From positions 2,016,001 through 2,080,000 of the forward strand of contig OZ244799.1 in assembly GCA_965219955.1 (NCBI GenBank): a stretch of 64,000 nucleotides of DNA, in the 5' to 3' direction. Shown piece by piece: positions 1 to 7,969 of the stretch. Source of the stretch: a bacterium (GTDB lineage Bacteria > UBA8248). Every line of letters starts with the position of its first letter. Position 1 is the stretch's first letter. Position numbers and translations under genes: made by a program. The notes under the pieces are model-generated. The model was not told the origin of the DNA, searched no databases, and saw nothing but the letters and a program-made list of their open reading frames with translations.

Positions 1-880
1 CGAACGCCTGCTGGACGGGCAGGCCCGCGTAGTCCTCGATGGGGTGCGCGTTCCCGGTGGCGGGCGGCGCGGCCACGACGGGCGTGAGCGAGGAGACGTC
101 GAGAGCGATTCTCCTCGCGTATTCTGCGTCCTCATCCGGCGAGACGGGCGTGTTGAACCGCGCCCCGTGCGCCCGCGCCCAGTCGAGCGCCTTTTCGTCC
201 ACCTCCATGATCCCCGTCTTCGCCCCCATGTCGACCGACATGTTCGCGATAGTGAAGCGCGCGTCCATCGAGAGGTCCGCAAGTGCTGTGCCGCCGTATT
301 CCACCGCCATGTAGTTCGCGCCGTTCGCGCCCATCTCGCGCGCGAGGACGAGTTCCATGTCTTTCGAGAAAACGCCGTGGGCGAGCGCGCCGGTGAACTC
401 CACGCGGACGCTCTCGGGCGTCTTGAACCACAGCTTGCCGGTGGCGTAGGCCGAAGCGATCTCCACGCTCTCGACCGCCACGCCCATCGCGCCCAGCGCC
501 CCGTAGGTGCACACGTGGCTGTCGCCGCCTACCGCCAGCGCGCCCGGCCCCACGCGGCCCTCCTCCGTCACCACGGTGTGGCAAACGCCGGAGCCTGGTT
601 CAAAGACCTCGACGCCGTGCTCCTCGCCGAAGATTCTCAGCTTCTTGTGGTGGTTCGCCCAGAGGACGTCCTGGGCGGGCACGAAATGATCGATGACGAA
701 ATCCGTTTTTTTCGGGTCCATCCGGAACTCGAAGCCCGCCTCGCGGAAGATGTCGACCGCTTTCGGCCCCTTGGCGTCGCCGGCCATGACGTAGTCGAGC
801 TCGGCGATCACCAGATCGCCCGCCCTGGCCTCGCTGCCTGAGTGCGCGGAGAGGATTTTCTCCGCCATCGTCTGACCCAC
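1..880 (-). CDS. 3-isopropylmalate dehydratase/homoaconitase large subunit family, runs off the window edge
   Basis: Manual translation from GTG at 880 (GGAG upstream): VGQTMAEKILSAHSG...IDHFVPA...GVCH...GGDSHVCTYGALGA...TIANMSVDMGAK, typical LeuC/HacA motifs. Not in the ORF track. Confidence 0.85.
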   Translation of the reverse strand, partial: MGQTMAEKILSAHSGSEARAGDLVIAELDYVMAGDAKGPKAVDIFREAGFEFRMDPKKTDFVIDHFVPAQDVLWANHHKKLRIFGEEHGVEVFEPGSGVCHTVVTEEGRVGPGALAVGGDSHVCTYGALGAMGVAVESVEIASAYATGKLWFKTPESVRVEFTGALAHGVFSKDMELVLAREMGANGANYMAVEYGGTALADLSMDARFTIANMSVDMGAKTGIMEVDEKALDWARAHGARFNTPVSPDEDAEYARRIALDVSSLTPVVAAPPATGNAHPIEDYAGLPVQQAF

Positions 881-1092
881 GACTTTCTCCTTGTTGAATC
901 TTTCATATCGGGAACGCAAAGCCTTTGTATACACCAAAAACCGGGCGCGCGGAATTGTGAGGAGGCATGCGCCTCGCGGTGGATTTAAAGGAACAAGGCG
1001 ACGAGGAGCCGAACGCGCCTTCGCTTTGACTTATCCCGCGCCCTGGGCGAGACTGGATGGGCTACTCCACGAGATAAACTGGAGAAAAGCGA

Positions 1093-1542
1093 ATGACGGA
1101 ATACGAAGCCGCAAGCCTCGCCGTGCAACAAGACACGCTCGCACTGCAACAGGCCACTCTAGCCCTTCAACAAGCATCGCTTGCAGTGCAACGAGCTTCC
1201 GTGTGGGTCGCCGCCATCGTCGGGGCCGCGCAGTGCAGCCTCATCGGAGTCGGGCTCTACATCATGCGCCGGGCCGCGATTCAGCGCGACGCCCAGCACC
1301 GGGAAAACATGGCGCAGCATCGGGAGACCATGAAGGAGCTGGACAGCCGACATCAAGCAGCCATGGCGCAACATCAAGAAACCATGGCGGTGCTTAATCG
1401 TCAGCAAGAAGCGCAAAAAGAACAACACCAGGAAACCATGAAGGTGCTGGAAGGCCAGAACAAGGCCCTGGACAATCAACAAACGGCGATGATGGAACTC
1501 ATCCGCCGAACCTCGGGGACACCCGCTCAAGGGGACGGCTGA
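1093..1542 (+). CDS. Hypothetical membrane-anchored coiled-coil protein with HxxxM repeats, paralog of 50213-50842
   Basis: GGAG RBS; hydrophobic segment SVWVAAIVGAAQCSLIGVGLYI; QHRENM/QHRETM/QHQETM repeats; N- and C-termini shared with the second copy. Confidence 0.8.
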   Translation: MTEYEAASLAVQQDTLALQQATLALQQASLAVQRASVWVAAIVGAAQCSLIGVGLYIMRRAAIQRDAQHRENMAQHRETMKELDSRHQAAMAQHQETMAVLNRQQEAQKEQHQETMKVLEGQNKALDNQQTAMMELIRRTSGTPAQGDG

Positions 1543-1599
1543 GCGGGCGGGCTTCACCACCTCTAGTTCCTCTTCATATACGCTCCGGCAAGCGAGACG

Positions 1600-1806
1600 C
1601 TACCGGGCGGCTCTGGCCGCCGCCTGCTCGAAGTGACGGACAGCGGCCTCGAACCGGTCCCTGCAACCGGGATTGCGGAACCCGACGACCTTGCCGTCGT
1701 ACCCGGTCAGCGAGTCCGCCTGCACCGGCTCCCCGGACCAGGGGCGCCTCTCGTTGATGCAATCGGCGATATCGGGGTCCGTCATGGAAATCCTTGCCCG
1801 GCTCAT
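1600..1806 (-). CDS. Small YHS-like domain protein
   Basis: CINERRPWSGEPV...YDGKVVGFRNPGCRDRF resembles the YHS pattern CP.SG...Y.G..Y.FC...C...F. Confidence 0.6.
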   Translation of the reverse strand: MSRARISMTDPDIADCINERRPWSGEPVQADSLTGYDGKVVGFRNPGCRDRFEAAVRHFEQAAARAAR

Positions 1807-1807
1807 A

Positions 1808-1870
1808 CAGGGGGCGTTCGAGAACGCCCCACGTTCGCGAGCGCAGGCCGCTCACGAGCGGCCCCTACGG
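1808..1870. repeat. GTAG-type REP-like doublet
   Basis: ggggcgttcgagaacgcccc and ggccgctcacgagcggcccctacgg hairpins; relatives at 5347-5408 and 51089-51170. Confidence 0.6.
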
Positions 1871-2785
1871 ACGTTTGGCGCGGCGTTTCCGGGGTTTCGG
1901 CGCCGGGCGTTCGGCCAGGAACCAGTCGAGTATCTGCTCGCCGTCCCAGCACACCACCCCCGGTTTGGACAGGATATGCTCGAAAGTTTCGCGCACGTAT
2001 TTGATCCGGTGCGGCGAGCCCGAGAGATATGGGTGCATGGCGATCGACATCACCTTGGTGGATTCGTGGCTTTCGGCGTAAACGGTCTCGAAGTAATCAA
2101 TCGCGCGGTCGCGGAAGACCCGGGACTCATGGTACTGGATCGCCATGCTCACGATGTCGTGGAGCTCGTAGTTGTAGGGCAGCGCCACGACCGATTTGCC
2201 GACCGTCGTCTTCACGTGCACCGGCTGGTCGTCGAGCACCCAGTCGCCGATGTATTCGACCCCGGCTTCGGCGAGAAGATCCAGCGTCTGGTAGGTCTGC
2301 GTCAGCCCCGGACCGAACCAGCCGCGCGGCCTCTTGCCGCAGAATTCCGTGATGATGTCCATGCACTTGTCGATCGTCTCGCGTTCGTCGTCGAGCTTGT
2401 GCATGGGTATCTGCTCGTAGGAGTGGGCGTTGAACTCCCAACCCGCTTCCAGGCAGGCCCCGGCGACTTGCGGGTATTCCAGGCAGGTGCGGGCGTTCAG
2501 GGTCACCGTCGGGCGGACGCCCAGATCGTCGAGCATGCGCTTGATGCGCCACACGCCGACCCGCATCCCGTATTCATGCCAGCTCCAGTTGGGATGGTCG
2601 GGGAGCATCGGCACCCCCTGGGGCGGGGGTATCACCATGCGCGCCATGGGCCGGACGATGTCCCACACCTCCAGCGCCAGTACCGGCCAGAGCACCAGGC
2701 GTGCGCCTTCGGGAAGTTTGAGCGGCTTGCGATCGATGATGGCCGAATAGGGCAGGCGGTCTCCGGGCCTCATGCCTTCTTTCAT
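1865..2785 (-). CDS. Polysaccharide deacetylase family, PuuE/cyclic imide hydrolase-like
   Basis: SWHEYGMRVGVWR, HSYEQ, RPRGWFGPG, DDQP, LPY, MHPYLSG motifs. Confidence 0.85.
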   Translation of the reverse strand: MKEGMRPGDRLPYSAIIDRKPLKLPEGARLVLWPVLALEVWDIVRPMARMVIPPPQGVPMLPDHPNWSWHEYGMRVGVWRIKRMLDDLGVRPTVTLNARTCLEYPQVAGACLEAGWEFNAHSYEQIPMHKLDDERETIDKCMDIITEFCGKRPRGWFGPGLTQTYQTLDLLAEAGVEYIGDWVLDDQPVHVKTTVGKSVVALPYNYELHDIVSMAIQYHESRVFRDRAIDYFETVYAESHESTKVMSIAMHPYLSGSPHRIKYVRETFEHILSKPGVVCWDGEQILDWFLAERPAPKPRKRRAKRP

Positions 2786-2889
2786 GTCTTGTCTCCGAAT
2801 AGGTTGCGACCGGCCATGCAGGGCCGCGCGCGGTTTTTGTTTGCGTGACTATACCATAGTCAATAAGACGCGGCAGAGAGCCCTGCGCG

Positions 2890-3438
2890 TCAGTCGGCGG
2901 GGCGGTGGCGCGCCAGGGCATTGGCCAGGATATCGCGCGCCGGAGCCGATCCGTCGAGCGGGCGCAGCTTCCGGCTCTTGATCTTCCAGCCGCCGGGCGT
3001 GCGCGTGAGTTCCCAGCGGTTGGCGAGGACCCGGTGGATGCGGTAGCCGGTCGAGACGCCGTGATTGGGCAGCTCGCGCTCGTCGCCCTCGGCATCGGGA
3101 TGGATGAGCTGCAGGTAGGAAGTGACCCAGGCAGAATCGCCGTCGAGTTCGACGTGCGGCAGCCCGGCGAAGTGGGCGAGGCCGCCGTGGATCGCCTCTT
3201 GATGTTCGGGCCTCAGGGTGATGGCGGCGATGGCCTCGGCCCCGAGCGTGTAGTCGAGACTCTCCCCGCGGTCAAAGACGCCGTCTTCGGTGAAGATGGC
3301 GCGGGTGTAATAGTCCGCGCCGGTGTCGGCGCTCGGCGGGTGCGAAGCGATGAGGTTGTAGATTTCGAGCCTGTCCTCGATATCGCGCAGCCGCGCTTCG
3401 AGCGGCTCAGGCCCCGGCGTTCTTTCGGTTTCAGTCAT
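2890..3438 (-). CDS. SnoaL-like / NTF2-family protein
   Basis: RLRDIEDRLEIYNLIA...AIFTEDGVFD...LDGDSA...WKIKSR pattern; GGAGG RBS. Confidence 0.8.
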   Translation of the reverse strand: MTETERTPGPEPLEARLRDIEDRLEIYNLIASHPPSADTGADYYTRAIFTEDGVFDRGESLDYTLGAEAIAAITLRPEHQEAIHGGLAHFAGLPHVELDGDSAWVTSYLQLIHPDAEGDERELPNHGVSTGYRIHRVLANRWELTRTPGGWKIKSRKLRPLDGSAPARDILANALARHRPAD

Positions 3439-3540
3439 ATCGTTTCCTCCCTCCGGACAATCGAATGAAAATATCGCACGTTCCGGGGCGCGGTCGCTCT
3501 CTCAATTTTGCGATGAAGAACTTCGCCGGGATGGTTCGTT

Positions 3541-3951
3541 TCACACGTGCAGAACGACGAGGTCATCCTCCACCGTCACCCGAAAGGTTTCCACGGAAGG
3601 GTCTTCCTCCACGCTCTCCGGCCGTTCGACCGTCACTTTATACGCTCTTACGCGGGTGCGGTGCGGGTTGAAGACGGAGCGCCCCGTGAGGATGTCGAAT
3701 TCCCAGCAATGCCAGGGACAGACGATGATCTCGCCGTCTTTCACGTATTGGATCTCACGGGGGGCGTTCGCGTCCATGGTCCCGCGCACGGGCCCGATGC
3801 ATAACGGCGCTCCCTGGTGGGGGCAAATGTTTCTCAAGGCGAAATACGCCCCCTTGACGTTGAACACCCCGATGGAGCGATTGTCGAATTCGACGATTTT
3901 CCTTTCGCCGGGAGGCAAGTCCGACACCTTGCATACGATATGCTTTCCCAT
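3541..3951 (-). CDS. Rieske [2Fe-2S] ferredoxin
   Basis: CPHQGAPL and CPWHCWEFD motifs; start overlaps the upstream stop. Confidence 0.92.
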   Translation of the reverse strand: MGKHIVCKVSDLPPGERKIVEFDNRSIGVFNVKGAYFALRNICPHQGAPLCIGPVRGTMDANAPREIQYVKDGEIIVCPWHCWEFDILTGRSVFNPHRTRVRAYKVTVERPESVEEDPSVETFRVTVEDDLVVLHV

Positions 3952-5138
3952 CAGGCTTCCCCGTTTTCTCCCATCACGATTTTCTTGAGCTTCGGGTAGG
4001 TACCAAGCGCATTCTCATAGAAGATGCTCTTGCGCAGCTGCGGGTCGACGTTGGGGAAAACATACCGCGGATCGTCGAAGTCCCAATGCGGGTAGTCCGA
4101 TGAAAACTGAAGCGTGTCTTCCGCATAAATCATTCTCAGCATTTGCTCGTTGAATTCGGGCCTGGGCGGCTCCTCCACGGGCTGGCTCGTGAACCGAACG
4201 TGTTTTCGGATGACTTCGCTGGGCGGCTCCTTCACCCAGGGGACTTCCAGCCGCAGGGACCTCCACTCCTTGTCCAGGCGCCACATGAGGCCCGCGACCC
4301 ATGCGTAACCCATCTCCTGGACGATGAACTTGAGGTTCGGGAAGCGTGAGAACACCCCCTCGCATACCATGCTCGTCACGTGCATCCACCCCACCTGGGG
4401 CAAGCCGCTGTGCAGTTCGATGAAGTAAGACGGCATCCCCACGGCCAGCATCGGCGGGTTGACGCCGGCGGTTTCAGAGCCGCCGTGAATCGCGACGGGC
4501 AGATCGTGACGGGAGGCCGCTTCGTATATCGGCCACATGTACCGCTGTCCCAGGGGAATATCCATCGGACAGACCTGGACCGAGACGATATCGGGATGAC
4601 CCGCCAGCCGATCGATTTCCTCCGCCGCGAGATTCGGATCGCGCGGACTCACCCAGATGCACGCCTTGAAGCGGTGATCGGTGGAAGCCCACTCGGCGAG
4701 AACGAAATCGTTGTAGGCGGAAGCGTAGGCGGCGCTCAGGTCCGCATCCGGAATTCCGGAGACCCCCGTGGCGTCCTGCCCGACGATGATGGCGTAGTTG
4801 ATGTCGTGCTCGTCGAGAAGCTGCTTCGCCAGGAAGCCGATGTCCGATCCGATGGGTCCGCCTTCGGGCGGCCTGGCGTCCACTCGCCCGGACCCCCCGG
4901 GATGAGGATGGAAGAAAGCGCGCCTGGGAACGGAAAACGTATTTCGGGGATTGGCTTCGTCTTTCACCAGGGCGCCCTTCATCCCGAGCCGGGCCTGCCA
5001 CTTCTCGGGGAGATAGGGTTTTAAGGACTGCACCCCTTTCGGCATTCGGGGATGAATATCGCAATCGATGATGTTCAACTTTTTTCCGGTTGAGACGTCA
5101 ATCATGTCCGTGGTTTCCGCTTGATTCACCGGGTTCAT
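3951..5138 (-). CDS. Amidohydrolase_2 family protein, possible amidohydrolase-related dinuclear oxygenase
   Basis: IDCDIH, AIHG, QEMG, SQPVEE and FSSDYPHWDFD motifs; coupled to a Rieske gene. Confidence 0.85.
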   Translation of the reverse strand: MNPVNQAETTDMIDVSTGKKLNIIDCDIHPRMPKGVQSLKPYLPEKWQARLGMKGALVKDEANPRNTFSVPRRAFFHPHPGGSGRVDARPPEGGPIGSDIGFLAKQLLDEHDINYAIIVGQDATGVSGIPDADLSAAYASAYNDFVLAEWASTDHRFKACIWVSPRDPNLAAEEIDRLAGHPDIVSVQVCPMDIPLGQRYMWPIYEAASRHDLPVAIHGGSETAGVNPPMLAVGMPSYFIELHSGLPQVGWMHVTSMVCEGVFSRFPNLKFIVQEMGYAWVAGLMWRLDKEWRSLRLEVPWVKEPPSEVIRKHVRFTSQPVEEPPRPEFNEQMLRMIYAEDTLQFSSDYPHWDFDDPRYVFPNVDPQLRKSIFYENALGTYPKLKKIVMGENGEA

Positions 5139-5278
5139 GGGGAGGCCTCCAACTCAGATGTGAGATTGGCGTTTCACGAAATGTCCCTAATATGGTGTCT
5201 GGAGTGAAGCGAAGTCAAACAACACGCTGTGAAGACACTTCTGCAAAGAGATACGGAGCCATTGCATCCAGTTGACGT

Positions 5279-5749
5279 GGAGTTGTTGAACAAGCCCTTC
5301 CCAGGCAGGTTCGACTGCCGGAACAATGGAGCAATGTCTCGTTCCCCGTAGGGGCCGTTCGCGAACGACCCCCTGGAGAAACGGGTGCTTCACGAAGCGC
5401 CCCTACGGGAACGTCCCTTTGAGAGATCACAATGCCCGTCATTCCGGCGAAAGCCGGAATCCATTTTCGCCTTCGTCTTTTCGCCTCCTCGTTCGGACGT
5501 ATTCACTTCAGGGCGGGAAGGATCGGAATCGAACACGAAAAGCGAATTCTCTGGATTCCGCATCCGGACGCCGCGCAACAACGAGGTCGTGGTCACCCTG
5601 CCCGGTGAAAAGTCAAAATGGATTCCGGCTTTCGCCGGAATGACGGCTTCGTGGTGAACCGCATCAGCCGCCTCCGTAACGACGCCCGAATCCAAGCGGA
5701 CGCGAAACGCATCGTCAATTCCGACCGGGGAGGGCTTTTCAACAGCCCC
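5279..5749. mobile_element. Composite MITE-like element: outer GTTGAA-type inverted ends, a GTAG REP pair and an inner 207-bp GTCATT element
   Basis: Ends ggagttgttgaacaagccc / gggcttttcaacagcccc; inner 5438-5644 bounded by inverted GTCATTCCGGCGAAAGCCGGAATCCATTTT. Confidence 0.75.
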
Positions 5750-5951
5750 GTATGGTTCTCAAGTTCATGGCAAGCAGAGGATGAATTCCGGGTAGTTGAC
5801 ATGACCTGATGAGCGGGGGATATTTGATGGATCATCTGAATTTATGGAAACCGACAGCGCCATTCCCCGGTACGAAGGGGTTGGGAGGGAATACGTATAG
5901 ATACGGTTGTGTTCGCTCGCAGTGCCCGCCGGAAAACGGAGGAGATCCATA

Positions 5952-6359
5952 TTGGAACCCCGTGACCACGTCGCAAAGGCGCAAAGAATCGAAGCCTCTC
6001 TTCGGAAGCTGGATCCCGCCGACGACCCCGAGATGATCATCGAGACGTGCATGCTCGCCGCCACGCACTATTTCAACGCGGCTCTCCACGCGGAAGGGAT
6101 AACGAACCAGCTGATGGATCATGCCCACACCTTCCGCCCCACTCTGGACGGATACGTCAAGAAGCCCAGCGCGGCGCTTCAGGCGGCGATGGAGCCTCTG
6201 AAATTCATCGAGCAACTCCGCCCCGGGCATTGCCGGGGCACGGAACCGATCAGCCGGGCGATCATGGACGAATGCCTCCAAAGTCTGGAGGAGGCGAAAG
6301 CCGGTTTTCTGGGAATCGTCGGGGGCGCGGCCCGGTCCGCAGTCTGGAAAGTGATATGA
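5952..6359 (+). CDS. Hypothetical helical protein, paralog of the next gene
   Basis: TTG start after GGAGG; HVAKAQRIEASLRKLDPADD...NAALHAEG...HAHT...LRPGHCRG. Confidence 0.75.
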   Translation: MEPRDHVAKAQRIEASLRKLDPADDPEMIIETCMLAATHYFNAALHAEGITNQLMDHAHTFRPTLDGYVKKPSAALQAAMEPLKFIEQLRPGHCRGTEPISRAIMDECLQSLEEAKAGFLGIVGGAARSAVWKVI

Positions 6360-6381
6360 CCGGAAAATCTGGAGATACGCC

Positions 6382-6786
6382 GTGAAAATCGAAGAACATA
6401 TGGCCAAGGCTGAGCGGTTTGCGCGATCCGTGGAAAAACTGGACCCCGCAGAAGATTTCGAGGCGGTGATGTGGGGCCGCATGCACATCTGCTCGAACTG
6501 GATAAATGCCGCGCTCCATGCGAAAGGGGTCATTCCGGAAACGGATGACGTCGCCCATACCTGGTATCTGTTCGATTACGGGGACCATGATTTCCTGGAG
6601 GCCAGCATAGACCAAGAGACCCGGCGCGCCCTGACCGAATTGGCCGTATTCGAGAGCCTCAGAACAACGCACGTGCGGGGACCCGGCACCTACGGCTCCG
6701 AGGTGTGCAACCTTTCCGAAAGAGCCTACAACCACCTCAAGGAATTTACGGAGAAAGCGATTGCCGCAATAAGTCCGAGCGCTTAG
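6382..6786 (+). CDS. Hypothetical helical protein, paralog of the previous gene
   Basis: GTG start after GGAG; HMAKAERFARSVEKLDPAED...NAALHAKG...VAHT...LRTTHVRG. Confidence 0.78.
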   Translation: MKIEEHMAKAERFARSVEKLDPAEDFEAVMWGRMHICSNWINAALHAKGVIPETDDVAHTWYLFDYGDHDFLEASIDQETRRALTELAVFESLRTTHVRGPGTYGSEVCNLSERAYNHLKEFTEKAIAAISPSA

Positions 6787-6842
6787 ATAGTCGAGGCGTT
6801 GGTTAAATCATCCCGTTCAAGGATGCAAATCGTCCTGCTCTG

Positions 6843-7865
6843 ATGAGGGAGGGTAAATTGATGCTCAAAAAGACTTGTCGCCAGCACTCAGCACGGATTG
6901 TGGTCTGTATCACCTTGTTTGCCTTTGTGTTCGTGGCTCCACCCCAAGTCGAAGCCGCCAAGAAAGCGGTCAAACTGGGGGCCGCCACCGTCGCCAGCAC
7001 GCTCTATGTCATGGCGGGCGCCCTGGCGGACGTCTTCAACCGCAAGAACAAGGACTACTCCCTGAACGTCACCCTGGGCGGGGGAAAGTCCAACCCGCAA
7101 CTGGTGGGGGTGGGCAAGTCCGACATCGCGTACAGCTACACGTATTACGTGGGAAACGCCATTGCGGGCAAAAAACCATACAAGAAAAAGTACCCGAACT
7201 TGAGGGCCATGGTATGGCTCTACACGTCCGCCGTTCATTTCATGGCGGCGCCGGAACTGGTCGATAAAGGGATTCAATCGTTCGAGGATTTCGTGCAGAA
7301 GAAACCCAAGGCCGGGATAACCATCGGGAAGAAAGGGACGGGGACCTACAACATTGCGACCTACCTTTTGAAGGAGTACGGAACCTCGACCGCTGCGCTG
7401 AAAAAAGCGGGCGTGTCGGTCCGCCTCGGCGGAGGCCGCGCCATGATGCGCTTTTATCAGGACAAGCACGTGGATTTCGTCCTGTTCCACACGGGCCCCG
7501 GTAACGGGTTGATCAAGCAAGCGGCCCTGCGCCGCCCCATCAATTTCACCGGGGTTACGCCGGGCATGCGGCAGAGGCTGGAAAAGTTCGGCCTGGTGGA
7601 ATCCATTGTGGACGCGAATACCTATCCGGGCCAGAAGAAACCCCTCGATACCTACGGACTCCGAACGATCATTTTCACGAGAGGGGACCAATCACCCGAC
7701 CTGATCTACAAGGTGACGAAAACCGTTTTCGAGAACAAGGATTATCTGAAGGGCGCCCACAGACTTTACGGTTTCCTGGAACCCAAACGTTCCGTGAAGA
7801 ACATGAAAGGCGTTCCCATGCACCCCGGCGCAGCCCGTTATTACAAGGAAGTGGGAGCGATGTAA
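6843..7865 (+). CDS. TAXI-family TRAP transporter solute-binding subunit
   Basis: Signal peptide; GGGKSN, GKKGTGT, TYPGQ and PMHPGAARYYKEVG motifs. The start may be the second Met. Confidence 0.9.
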   Translation: MREGKLMLKKTCRQHSARIVVCITLFAFVFVAPPQVEAAKKAVKLGAATVASTLYVMAGALADVFNRKNKDYSLNVTLGGGKSNPQLVGVGKSDIAYSYTYYVGNAIAGKKPYKKKYPNLRAMVWLYTSAVHFMAAPELVDKGIQSFEDFVQKKPKAGITIGKKGTGTYNIATYLLKEYGTSTAALKKAGVSVRLGGGRAMMRFYQDKHVDFVLFHTGPGNGLIKQAALRRPINFTGVTPGMRQRLEKFGLVESIVDANTYPGQKKPLDTYGLRTIIFTRGDQSPDLIYKVTKTVFENKDYLKGAHRLYGFLEPKRSVKNMKGVPMHPGAARYYKEVGAM

Positions 7866-7969
7866 CCTGAGAAGGCGCAGTTATACCACGCTAGAGGAAT
7901 GAGCGGGCGCCGGGGATTCCCGCGATTATCCCGGCGCCCGTTTCCGCATAATTCCGGAAGGCGTTCTTC

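Noticed and set aside
5326-5835. Short ORFs such as VIPAKAGIH / MDSGFRRND (also near 14.7 kb and 51.2 kb)
   Set aside because: Translations of the GTCATT repeat element, not genes.
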